DNA from: Euprymna scolopes
Lineage: Eukaryota
Assembly (NCBI GenBank): GCA_053919585.1
Contig: CM132793.1
Direction: 5' to 3' (one strand)
DNA length: 64,000 nt
Shown piece by piece: positions 12,476 through 24,749 of the stretch. The notes below the pieces were generated by a model, which saw nothing but the letters and a program-made list of their open reading frames with translations, did no database searches and had not been told where the DNA came from. The first letter of the stretch is position 1, and each line of letters starts with the position of its first letter. The position numbers and the translations under genes are program-made.

Positions 12476-14527
12476 TAGGAGGTTAGCGCTTTTGTCATTT
12501 ACAGGAATTTGTAAGTAAGCGTCGCTAAGGTCGATCTTAGAGAAACACTTTCCGCCATTTAATTTCGTGAACATTTCCTCTGGGCTGGGTAATGGATAGT
12601 GAAAGTCTTCTAACGGCCCGTGGAGTCCGGTCTAGAGGTCAACGCAAACGCAGATTTCTCCGGACCTTTTTTTACGTAGACTACTGGAGCAGCCCACTCA
12701 CTATATTCAATTTTAGGCAGTATACCAATCTTTTCTAATATGCTCAGTTCCTGATTTATCTTGTCCAGAGATGCGAACGGGACATTACGTTTTTTTAAAA
12801 CACCGGCTGTGTGCCCGGTTTTAGCTTAAAATCAGCTGCCATTTTTGTGCATCTCCCGAGGCCAGGAGGAAATACATTTGGGAATTCTTTTTTAAAATTG
12901 GTTCTAAGTTTCTCAGTTTCAGCTGGATGGGGTTCTATTTTTTTTGCAAAATGTGGACATAGGAAGATTCCACAAATGAAATCCATCCATGCTATCGAAA
13001 CCAAACAGGTTCTCACTATTTTTTAAGACATACATTTTTAGTTTTTTCGCCTTTCCCAGCAAGGTGAAGTTGGTGATTAATTCACCCTCAAAATTAATTT
13101 TTGTGCCATTGACGGCCGTCGCCGTTCTGTTGATTCTTAGCGTAGTCGGTTTTCGTAATTTCTTCCATGTTTTGAAACTTATAATTGAAAGATCCGATCC
13201 ACTATCTAACTGAAATTTGATATCCTTGCCGAGAATCTGGACCGTTACGTATTTGCGTAGGTTTTCATCTACGACCTCTCTAATTATTGTTTGATGTACC
13301 CGGCTTTTGTTCTGATTTTCCTGCAGTGAGACCTTTTATGCCCGGTTTTATTACATATCAGACATCTTTTTGTTAAAAATAGGCAATCCTTTACCCAGTG
13401 TTTTCCACCACATCTGAAGCAAGGGCTCTGTGCTTTTGATTTTTCTACTTTGGAGGTAATTCTCTGTGTCCTGTCTCGACGGTTTTTTCTTCGTTATTTT
13501 TTATATTTGCGATGCCTGTTTCGATATTTCTCGCATCTTTTTTTTTTTTAATTATTTCAACTTTTTCACAATCCTCCGTCAATTTTTGCAGTATTAAGTT
13601 TGGTTCGTTTTCTAACTTCGTAAAAACTCTGCGTCTGATTTCCGCATCTTTTCCAAGGTTAAACCTTGTGCAAAAACAAGGCATTTAAATTGTCTGCTCT
13701 TAATTCAGACAACTTAAAGTCATCACAATACTTGTTCACTACTGCTGCGTGCGTGACAAAGTCGTCATCATCGTCTTTGGTCACATTCAAACATCTTCGC
13801 TTATGAAAAAGAGACGTTTTAGGGGAGAACAGTTCTGTTAACAATTTACCAATTTTAGTTCGTCCATTTTGTCTGGTTGAATTTAGCAATTTTAAAACGT
13901 TCGTTGTCTGGTTAGAAAAACGTTTGTCTGGTTGGAGTTAGCAAAAAGTTTTGATTTTTCTATCTCAGAAGAATAAAACAAAGCAAAAAATATATTAATC
14001 TAGGGAAACAGTTAATCGTTCACCCCCTTCCCCCCAAAAAAATCAAGTGTATATTTCCTTTTGAAAAAAATATAAAGCAACGATTTACAATTTAGTAGAG
14101 AAAAACAGCGAGGAACTTTTTTTATTGCTAAGTAACTTTTTAGTAGCGACGACTTTTTTCTTTTTTTACAAAGTAAAGATTTACCTTTTAAGTAGCGACG
14201 AACTTTTTTCCCAACTCTTTTTCGTTCCGTAATTGTCTGCTTTTTAAGGTGAATTAACAGTTGTTAATCGTATTTTTTAACTACCGCGAGTCCTTCAGTC
14301 GCAAGTCTTATACTACACTGTCTTAAGCGCAATAAACATTTTAGTTCAACGTCGTTAATGCATTCAGAACATTATTTCAGATGTGACTATGTTTCTTGAA
14401 TCCAATGTCGTCAGTGTTATGGGAACTCTATTTTAGGCGTGAATATATATCTCAAATCCCATGTCGCCAGAGTTTTTGGTAACACTGTTTTAGACATGAG
14501 TATGTATCTCGAATCCAATGTCGTCAA

Positions 14528-14743
14528 TGTTATGGCTCGCAAGTAGCCACAAAGAAGAACAAAACAAAGGAGAACAGTTTAAACATGTATTACATGAAAA
14601 ATGGAAAGGTTACAAACGAACAGTGTAGGTACTTCACCGAGCATCCGAGAGTCGCTCTGGAATTAGATCCCCCCTGGGACCGTCATGCGTAAAGTATATA
14701 TGAACGATGGATTAGTTCATTTGGAGGGTGGTTCCCTACAACA
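14528..14743 (-). repeat. 5' LTR of decayed Gypsy
   Basis: TGTTA...CAACA; PBS-like sequence adjacent. Confidence 0.9.
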
Positions 14744-15159
14744 GAGAGTCAAACCCCCTACAGAAAAAATCATGACTAAGAACTTTGTATATGAGATCCC
14801 ATATCTGGAAATAAAAGGGAAACGATCTAACATTATGGGACGAAGTAAAAATTATAGACAGAGAGGAACGGTGGAGAGTAAGACGACTGAAAGAAGCAGC
14901 ACATATGCTTGGGAATAACCAACTGCTAAGTAGATCTAGTATAGAATTCAATACGATATGGGAACCAGTAATTATAAACAATAGATAATATATACAAGTA
15001 ATAAGTAAAACCATTAATATATACAAGTAATAAGTATATAGATAGATATACATTAATATATAGTAATGATTGGTAATAAATGGTCATATTTACAACTAGA
15101 AATAAAAAATGTAGGTTTAAGGCTCCTAAAATTCGTATTAGAATTGTTCGCAAGGACCG

Positions 15160-15219
15160 TGGTGCAGTGGAATAGCAATTTTAAAAGTGATATTCTTCTG
15201 AAGGTTGAAGGTTCAATCC
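15160..15219 (+). promoter_or_regulatory. tRNA-like Pol III A and B boxes in PLE tail
   Basis: TGGTGCAGTGG (15160-15170) and GGTTCAATCC (15210-15219) with tRNA-like spacing. Confidence 0.6.
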
Positions 15220-15393
15220 TCAATGTGAGCGACCGAAATATACATTTGCGAATTACTTAGGTCCTCTATCCAGTCAAGAGCACACTAACCCCGTGAAGTA
15301 AATAGAGGGTTCTGCTCGAAATTCCGTCCAAATTCCCGAGTTCGACAGAAACATTCCCGAGTTCGACAGAAACATTCCCGAGTTCGACAAGAT

Positions 15394-15436
15394 ACACCTG
15401 AAGAAGGTCGGAGGTTATATCGACTGAAACGTTGGG
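15394..15436 (+). ncRNA. Minimal PLE-type hammerhead motif
   Basis: CAC CTGAAGA A GGTCGG..TCGACT GAAA CGTT GGG. Confidence 0.6.
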
Positions 15437-15997
15437 AAAATCACTCTCAAGATGAGAGCAGTAGTCCGATGAATAATAATACAAATAACCCATTCTCATC
15501 TAAAAAATTCAGAAACGTCTTAACATATGTAATATGAAAAATTTACGCATGCGCAATAGTTTACAAACAGACACTTAGACACTTATCAACCTTTTTTGTA
15601 GGATGAACACCGATTAAAATGTTTTCCATATGTTTGAATATCCTATATACATAATTTAAAGTCTGTAAAATAAAAATTGTTAAGTAATTAGATTGAGATT
15701 TGTTCTAACACACATTTTCACTTTCATAGATATATAGGCAGATTAAGTTTCTGCTTCCCCATCTTTTCTGCTTTTCCACGTGATATGCTTCATTACAATA
15801 GTGTATTTATTTCCTATATAAATCACTCTGACATAGGCTTTCACTTATTACAAGATAAACTATTGCGTATTATGAGTTTATTTGTCATATTGTTAGAGTT
15901 ATAACCTTCTTCCATTTATTTTCAATAGAAGATTTAATTTGTATTAATTGAATTATTTAAATTATTGTTATAATCTTAAGTGTTATTAAGTGTTATT

Positions 15998-16290
15998 AAG
16001 TCAATGTTTCGCCGTTGTACCCTTCGATCTTCTTTAGTTATATCTTGTCGAACTCGGCAATCTTTCTGTGGAACTCGAGAATCGTCACGAAATTAAGGAC
16101 GAAAGTTTTTATTTAATTTATGGGGCAAGCATGTTCTCGTTCCACTAGCCATTAATGTATAGAATGCTTGAGTAATTCAGAATTGTATTTCTATTGTCAA
16201 CACTGTGAATTGAACTGTCAACATTTAGAAGATTGTCGCAACTAAATTTTACCTAGCACTCATCCGTTATGCCACGGGTCCTTTCGGGGA
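15998..16290 (-). mobile_element. Older diverged copy of the tRNA-like head plus hammerhead tail
   Basis: Same order of motifs as 15150-15440 on the opposite strand (tgtttcg..cttctttag, tcgaactcgg repeats, ccgttatgccacggg). Confidence 0.7.
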
Positions 16291-17408
16291 TCACTTATTG
16301 ATATGATTAATTGCATACAAATCGACGTATATAACACGTGTTTGTGCATGTTATCACATAAATTACAGAATTGCTATAAACTCGCAGATGTCTATCTCAT
16401 ATTCTATGACGCTATCAAATTTTGACAATGGCGAACGATGTACGAATAACATTTAATCATCTGTATTGTGATTTCACTTATTTCATCGCTGTCCAGTGTC
16501 TGGTACAGACATATCATCATAAATATCGCAGAAGCATCGCTTTTAAGCTAACCCAATCCAATAGCTTTCCAATATTAATTATCTTTGAATTACACTATCT
16601 TGTTACAGGTAATCTCAACGGTTGCATGGTGTCAATCGAAAGAAAAACCATCATTTTATGTGTCCATTAATCGTCGGCCCGCTCTATTGTTACATCCACC
16701 CTACTTCTTGTTAAATGTGCGATAGGAGAAATGGGCGCCAGAACTCCTGTGATCTATATCGTCGATGAGAGACGGATTTAATTAAGCGATAGATGCTCAA
16801 ATAGGCTCCTGCCCCATAAGCTGGGGCTTACAACCTGCTTCTGTTTACATATTTAATATAATGTTTCAAAGCCGCCGATGTTTTCGCTATCATTCTGTTA
16901 TGTAGAGTTTGGAAAATTCTAGCTTACTTCTACAGCGTGAGCGAAGTACTGCTTCTCTTCCCTTAGTTTGTCCTCCTTTATATACGATAACTCTTGGCAT
17001 TTGACGTGGCTAATATTGTTCTCCTCTATACGAACACCACACCTCTCGCGTCATTCCTTTCCTGATTTCCCCGTGCTAGTAGCAGAGATTGCGCACGTTT
17101 TGTTTCTTTGAGATTCGATTGTTTGTAGCATGTACACGTGACGGTAGAGTTACTGTGTCTATTCAAAGTGCCATAGAAAAAGGAATCACTTGCATCTATG
17201 CCCAGTGCTTGTTTACTTTGTTTCTGTCCAATTGTCACAAATCTCACATTCTCTGAGGACATGAGAGAACAGACCGGTGGTGGGCCTGTTCTTACTCTGG
17301 CTCGCGGATCTTTCACATAGCGTGACATTTTGTCGACTGATATGTTCTTTTTTACTTAATTTTGGTCACTCGTCATAATCCATCATTTGTAATATATCGT
17401 CTATGTTG

Positions 17409-18899
17409 AGCTGAAAAAGCTCCAACTAGAACTTGCTCCCATACTTACAAAGCTGTTTAAGTGTTGCCTTAAGGAGAAGTGCTTCCCACCACCCTGGAAA
17501 ACCTCATCAGTATTCCCTGTATTTAAAATTCAGGTGGAAAGTCATCTCCCTTTCAGTACAAACCAATAAGTCTCCTTTGTGTCATGAGTAAGTTGTTTGA
17601 ATCCATATTAAATAAAGAAGTAGTCAACCACCTCAACAGAAATAACCTTCTCAGTGACATGCAATATGGTTGGCGCAAGATATACAGCAGATGTGCTGAC
17701 GGTTATATCAAATAGGATTAGTGAATCTCTTGACAAAGATTTCCAGCTACGGTATGCCTGGAAATGTTTTCTCTATCATTAAATAATTTCTCTCTGATAG
17801 GTTCATAAGAGTAGTGGTTGATAGGCAGAAATCAGAGGCCCACAATATTAATCTGGAGTACCCCAGGGTCCATCCTGTGCCCAACTCTCTTCCTGATCTA
17901 CATCAATGATTTCCCAAAACATATACTTAAATCATTCGTTGATATCTATGCTGATGACACGACCATCTATGGCAACACAGCAAAGGCTGTAAATGACAAC
18001 GTTCTCTCTAATTCTCTCTCCTCTGATCTTGAGCGCGTGGTACAATGGGGGAAGAGGTGTCTGGTCACTTTTAATGCATCCAAAACCAAGCTTCTATCTT
18101 TATATCATCAACGCTCTGATCCCCATCTGGCATCAATTGAAATGGATGACTCTCGTCTTGGGGAGGCTGCATGTTTGACAAGCTTCTGGGTTTGACCTTT
18201 ACTACAGATCTGAAATGGAGCACGTACATCAAATCTGTTGCCAGGGATGTTGGGAAAATGATGGGATCCTTCTACCGCTCCAGAAGATATCTCACTACTG
18301 ATGCAATTCTCTATCTGTATAAAAGCCAAGTACGTCCAAGGATGGAGAACTGCTGCCACATCTGGGCAGGAGCTGCTAAAAACAACCTATCCTGCCTTAA
18401 TAGAGTACAAAATAGACTTCGTGGTTTTGTGGGGATGCCCTTTTCTCTTCCCTGCAGCCTGTCTCCCACAGAAGAGACGTTGCGAGCCTGTCTTTGTTTT
18501 ATCGTTATTTTCATGGCAAGTGCTCATCTGAGCCCCAATCTCCCGTCCTCCCTCGCCAATCTTTCACGAGAAACACCCGTCTGGCTGAAACTACTGTCAA
18601 TAATTTTCCTCACTCTCTAAATCAAAACGTAGATTCCATGAGAAAAGCTTCTTTCTCAGAAGTGCACGATTGTGGAATTCTCTTCCGTTCGCTTGTTTCC
18701 CACCTGACTACAACTTGGATGTATTCATATCCAACATAAACAAATTCCTGACAAACCGCCCCCTTAAGTAAGACACTCTATTAAATCTCCAATACTAATG
18801 ATTACTACAATACTATCTCATTGATTACTGTACACGCAATATCCTTATCCCTGATTGGCCTCCGGGCCTTGATAAGTGGTGACCCCCCATGTAAAAAAA
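17409..18899 (+). mobile_element. CR1/L2-group LINE family A, 5'-truncated, decayed RT plus 3' tail
   Basis: PGSIL.PTLFLIYIND, YADDTT, MENCCHIWAGA; tail gataagtggtga..tgtaaaaaaa. Confidence 0.95.
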
Positions 18900-18989
18900 G
18901 CCTTTCCCCACACGCGGTCACCTGTTTGTTGTTGAGTGTGTCTCGCTGCCGATATTCCACTAATTTCTTTCATGCAATAATGATATACC

Positions 18990-19400
18990 ATGTTGGTAGA
19001 ATATGCAGCAGAGGATTCGTCAGCCTTTGGCGTGACGTTGTACCAGAATATTGCTTCCGGTATAGTACATTGTTTTCTAGCTGCGATCTTTTGTTACAGT
19101 TCTATAATATTCCTCGAATATGGCACAGTAAAATCGAAATCTGATCTTACACCCTTCTCAGAATTTTTAAACAAGCTGCTCTGAAAGGCAGTGTTTACAT
19201 CCATCAGAATCTCCGTCGAGGAAGGTGTCGACATATAGTAAATCAAGTTGTGTCGCAGTTAATCGATGTCAGAAAATGGTCACAATAGCAATGGGTAATA
19301 TCGATTACTATTCGGTGCCACGCCTGACACAGATTAGGGGAAATTATTAACTGTAGTTGTAGCTAGTCGAATGATTTGTGAAAATTTTGCAAGAGGGCCA
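18990..19400 (-). mobile_element. Decayed integrase fragment related to the LTR element at 58-62 kb
   Basis: Minus strand gives IAARKQCTIPEAIFWYNVTPK versus IAARKGCTVPEAVYWYNVTPK in the intact pol; also EILMD..TAF and WHRIVIDIT. Confidence 0.8.
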
Positions 19401-21189
19401 ATATAGATTGAAATTGAGTCTACCGACCGCCATAGAAATATCGATAGATAAGACATTTTTATATGCCAAGTACTATTGCTCAAGAGACAAAGTACCCGTT
19501 AATAGATCTACTTATGCTGTTTGATATTACAGTTAGTATATCACTTGTGAATCTCGCACGACAAAAATTTTATCACTTGTCACCTAGTAGGCTAGTTTGT
19601 TGAGATGATTGGAAACCGTCCCTTTTGTCAAGGGTTACAGAAGAGGCACAGGAAACTGATAGGTCTGTACTGAGGTACAGAGGACCGGGCTCCAGTATGT
19701 GTTTTTTAGTATTGGAAAATTAACCAAGTTTAATAGTTGTTGCAAAGCATAACTCATTTATGCAGCGTTTGAAAATCTTTGTAAAGTTATAATCTAATCC
19801 CGCTTTATGAGCATTATTATTGGGATGTAAGCTCCAATGCTTTTCTAGAATTAAAAAAGTCCTTATGAGTTTAGCAACATTCTGAACGAAGACTCTTCTT
19901 GAAATTTTGGCGATAGACCCTGACGACATACATTTTATGCAATTACAGCAATCAGTCTACTTGAATATGTATATTCCTTTGTGATGTTAGAGTCTTCATA
20001 CAAGCCTTACACCAATATTTTTTTAAATATTGAATTGATAATTATAGGGACTTTAAATTAGGAAATATATTCTATAAAAGCAATTGTATGTTTCTATATC
20101 CAACTAAACGTTCCAAACTGCAAGAGAAATATTAAAAAATGAGATATATTCATTATCAGAATAACTCTGGATATATATCTTCAGAATATAAAAAAATATT
20201 AATTGCTTGATCCTAAACTAGTGTAGGGAGTGTTAGGAATATATATTAAATTCTCTGATGATATAAGTAAATATAAGGAGATTTCAATTTTTGCTGAAAT
20301 AAATATACATTAAAATATAATCCGAAAAATTGGTTAATTTACATATTGTAAATAATAAATAACATTCGCGTGGAACTTCACTCGAACGAAAATAGGACTA
20401 TATATTTTCATTCATTATTAAGTGTTACGAGAATAAAACATAACGATGGAAATGTTAATAAGGAGGTCCTTGCATGAAATTCACTTACACTAGGTCTATG
20501 ATGAGTACATCGTTCAGCACTCTATCTAACATTAAACCCTGTAAAATCTATACATTAACATAGAAATAGATAGAATGGCATTATGGGTTTGATGGGAAAA
20601 CCGTTTTCTATTAGATCCAAGCAACATCAGGTCTCTACAAAGTAGTTATACTTTCCCTCATTTGAAATCAACCATAAAATAAAAAACAAAATAGCTGCAA
20701 TCTGTTTAGTTTCACCAATGGTTGTCCTGTTTTCTCTAAATTTAATTGACAGTATTCTGACTCTGCTTTGTATCACATCTTGGCAGTAAAAATAATAAAT
20801 AATGAAAAGGCATATATCCAAATTCTTCAGCATTGTAGAGATAAAACCAAAAGGATATCCTAGCAACAGCTGAGATATAAATCGTCTGCCTGATATTTTG
20901 AAAAAAAAAAACACCACATAATATTGCGTTACTCGATTACGTAGTTCGTGTGTGGAAAACGCGTTTATAATGTTTGATAAATAGACCGCAACAATATTAG
21001 ACACATTCGAACACCTCGAACATTTGTTATGTACTTTCGTTTTCCAATGCATTGAGAATATTGCAATACTATCGATTACGTCCACATTTGTAGTTTATAA
21101 AAATATAATTATATTGTTAACTCTTGAGTATAAATATGTAATTTATTTGTAATTTTTAATTGAAATGATATCATATATCTAAGAATAAG

Positions 21190-22747
21190 CATTAAATGAG
21201 ACCTTCCCTTTACGTACCCATTCCCCTACGGTGTGGAGGTCATTTTCTAAGGATTCGACCATTGTCTTGGATTTGTGTACATCCGTTCCTCCCTCATACA
21301 TGTTATAGAGTAGCAAATATACCCACCTCAGACTCAATATAATCGAAGAGGTCATTGATTAATATCAGGAAAAATATTGATCCAAGGATCGACCCTTGAG
21401 CTTTCCCGAATTAATGTTATGCTGCTTAGATGAACGTCCATCAATGAGAAGCTTGATGGTCCTATTGCCTGAGAAGAATATAATTATATCTAGTATTCGT
21501 TCAGGTTTACAATATTATTTAATTTTTAATTAGCAGTCCTTCATGCCAGACTTTGAAAAAGGCCTTGCAAATATTGAGGGCTACAATCCTGGCTTGACCG
21601 CCTTATCCAGTGTATAGTATATGTGCACAGAGATGACCGTAAAAATATCAGCAGTAGAACGACATTTTCTAAGTCCGTACTGTTTGTCAAAAAGAAGATT
21701 AGCAATTATAAATTTTCCAGAAATCGCAAGTTCCTATCTTCTGTGATGCTGTGCGTTCCTTAGTTATTTCAGCATGCCTTCTTTTGGCTGTGGTTTTTAC
21801 TCTCTGACAATGATTTCTAGTATCTATAATATTTTTCGTTTTTGCAATTGATTTATGACATAAGAGACGGCGGGGTACATGCTGTCTTTGTGCAATGGCA
21901 GCTGCACAATATGTTAACCATGGGGGTGAGTGATGCTTTCCATAATACTTCCGTACGGGCCATGTGCTTCAATGCCCGCGTTGCACCATTCAGTTGTCCC
22001 ATGATCACACTGTTCAGCAAAGAGAGAAAAGATATTGGTTCATGGGGAATCTCTGATATGTTCTCTGATAACTTCCCAGTTATCCTTTTGTAGTATCTTT
22101 TTGTTTTGAGAAATGACTTCTCACCTTGGAGTCGAGACTTGAGTGCGATGTTTACTGATACCACTATATGGTCTGCGTTTCTGGGTGGATTGTGGGAATG
22201 TTTACACAATCCTCAGGTACTGTGGTAAGGAATAGGTCTAGCAAGTGAAGCTTTTTGGTGGTCATGATCTAGGAGGCGTGTTGAGAACATGATTGTCTCT
22301 GTGAGGGAATGGGCTATAGAGACGTTATAAGTAGTATCCTACTGCATCTGTATAACCTGACAAAACAAGCCAATTCTTATGGCCGACTTTACAGTCACTA
22401 CACACATGTATTTGGGCATTACTATCTAAGCAGAATGTTGCATCTATACTATCGGAGGCAGAATCGATTAGAGTACAGTCTTGACTTGAGGAAGAACGGT
22501 AGAGAAAATATAACCAACGCACTCATAAAAGGCTTATCGAAATCACATAAAGACCTGATCATTCGATTCCAGACGTTGCCTTCTAATAAAGGGGAGGGTG
22601 CTTCGAATATAGACTCCAAGCGAGCACATATATATGTTCGAGTCTTTACGGCAGAGAGGGAAATATCCTGTCATGTTAAAGTAGTTAGAGGGGAATGAGA
22701 AGGATAGGTGTGTTTAACTTTATGCTAAGATATCCGGGGATATATAA
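21190..22747 (-). mobile_element. Heavily decayed CR1/L2-group LINE (APE and RT remnants)
   Basis: QGSILGSIFFLI, VALNICKAF.KVWHEGL, ADHIVVSV remnants; resembles 62784-63790. Confidence 0.8.
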
Positions 22748-23484
22748 TCTATATATCAATAAAAGTGAAATTGTCTGTGTGGGTATCTGTGTGTGTACAT
22801 TTCCCTGCCAAACTACTCTGTCAATTTTCAATCTGCACACTCGAGATTTAACATAAGCGAAATTGCGATTTGGGAAAATCGATTTAATCGGTTTTCGTAA
22901 AGAGGTTCTGCTGCCAAAAGGTCAAAGTTCAATGATTTGACCTTTGAAAACACTTGAAATTTAAGATGTAGGTTACTTGGGCCTGGATCAGACTTTTTCA
23001 TTTGATTTGAACCAAAAACAATAAATGGTTAGGAGTCAAAATTGGGGTCAAAGTTTAAAAAACTTACCACTATGATCACTACCAAATTACTCAGCTTATT
23101 TTTGGTCTAAACATTTGAAATTTAACAGAAAGTTTATTCAGACATAGGGTAAGAGTTCAAAAGATTTAACCTCTGCGGTTTCTAGCAAACTATTCAGATA
23201 ATTTTGGGTCTAAACATTTGAAACTTTACGTAATAGGTATTCAGACATGCAGCAAGCTTTTAATCAACTTTTGCACAAATATTTGGCTGCCAAGAGGTCA
23301 AATTTGAAAGAGTTGACGTTTGCAGACTCTATCAAACTCTTCCGCCAATTTGGGTATAAACACTTGAAATTTTAGACGAAGATTACCTGGACATGAGTGA
23401 AACCTTTTAATACATATATTTATATATACACATAAAGCTATGAGAAGTACATAGGGCCCGAGCAAAATCGGGCTGAACTACTAG
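22748..23484 (+). mobile_element. Non-autonomous Helitron
   Basis: A^TCTATATATC start; GCCCGA..TCGGGC subterminal hairpin; CTAG^T end; internal degenerate repeats of about 110-120 bp (aaacacttgaaattt). Confidence 0.9.
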
Positions 23485-24749
23485 TTTAATAATAAATGTT
23501 TTATATATACAGTTCACTTTTATTGCTATATATTTGCTTTTTATGCAACTTTCTTAGAACATTTTTCTAATATCAGTGTCATTTGCCGGCGAAAATAGTA
23601 TATTCGTATACTATCGTTGAACAAATCAGGACTGCTATAGCTTAAGTGCAGTTCAAAGTATGCGCTAAAACAAGGGTCGGATGCCGACGTCCCGCGAACC
23701 GGATCCGGCTCAGGAACTCGTTTAGATTGACCCACAAGTTTGCTTATTTATGACTTTTTTAAACATGAGAACAGAGGCTTTATAATTCAATAAAATGCCC
23801 GCGTTTATCTTTATTTCTGATCTGCTTTACTAAGTTTGAATTCTATAATCGAAAAATCATGATCAAACCCAAGCATCTTCAATCCTGTGTAAAATAATAA
23901 ACATAAAACAAAAATTAAAACCGATTTAACCGATCAACCAGCGGTTTACATTAGGCGACGATAGCCTCAAAGGGGCAATGTTGTCTCACTCTGTTTTCTA
24001 TTTCTTTCCTCTAACCACGACTCTTCACTTACCCCTGACACCTACTCCATGTAAGTTGCTGGAGTCCTTGTTGTTATCTTATTGTACACCCCATCTTCTC
24101 AAACAAGAATCTTTCTGTATTTTGCTATACACTGCCTCCTATGCTATCTCATCAAATTGTTTGGCCTAACTATCTCTCGCTCTCTCTCTTTCTACCCTCT
24201 CTCTCTCTCTCTCTTTCAACATATATTCTTGTAAGTACGAGGGAAAAATGTCTGACGGTACAATTTTATTTTTCATACCACCATTGTTCAAAATAAATCC
24301 CCCACACTAGAATGTGTTATATATTTTTATGAAACTAAATAAAAAATTAGTGTTCTATTTAATTATTAAAACAATCAACTGCGCTTTTTTCATAAAATCT
24401 CCCCTTAGGGCCAGTCGACGGCCTCGGTAAAAATCACTTATTGTACCTTGTAGAGTTTTACTACTCATGTGAACAAACCTTAAAACATATTTATTCAATT
24501 CAACCTGTATCTTGTTTTGATTTGCTTGCATATATTATTTATGAACAGATATCTATTTTGATTATCTGGAAAGATTGCTGAAATTTATAATTCATTTAAA
24601 AGGTATTTCAGCTCATTAACTCATGGATTTATTTTTATGTAGTGAATCGTAATATTTTTCTATTATAATCGATAAGAGCAAAAACTACACAACTTGCTGT
24701 CTTTGTTCGATTATTGACTTTTGCTTTTTATCTTTTTAAGGGTTCATTC

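Larger units (their letters stand above)
10792..14743 (-). mobile_element. Decayed Ty3/Gypsy (Mag/K02A2.6-like) LTR retrotransposon, internally deleted
   Basis: LTRs 10792-11021 and 14528-14743; GAGAG TSD at 10787-10791 and 14744-14748; PPT GGGAGGGAGG next to the left LTR; remnants SPKTSLFHKR (gag), QLDSGSD (protease), KIDLSDAYLQ and APAIFQQ..YLNDILI (RT). Confidence 0.93.
10366..15482 (+). mobile_element. Penelope-like element remnant (inverted terminal repeat, deleted GIY-YIG ORF, terminal repeat) split by a Gypsy insertion
   Basis: 10366-10592 is the reverse complement of 15249-15482; peptide KGLSEKLQRICNPYDIRTVFRSD*TLQKQLV continues as RVKPPTEKIMTKNFVYEIP..WDEVKIIDREERWRVRRLKEAAHM after the Gypsy. 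Confidence 0.85.

Noticed and set aside
15150-15230. Functional tRNA gene
   Set aside because: A and B boxes present but no convincing cloverleaf; treated as a tRNA-derived head
15333-15390. 21-bp direct repeats as a CRISPR-like array
   Set aside because: Contiguous tandem units without unique spacers, eukaryotic context, no cas genes
20627-21085. 152-aa hydrophobic ORF, possible chemoreceptor-like exon
   Set aside because: No recognisable motif and no supported neighbouring exons
24236-24452. Possible mariner MITE (TACGAGGG...CCTTGTA)
   Set aside because: Terminal match too short and degenerate
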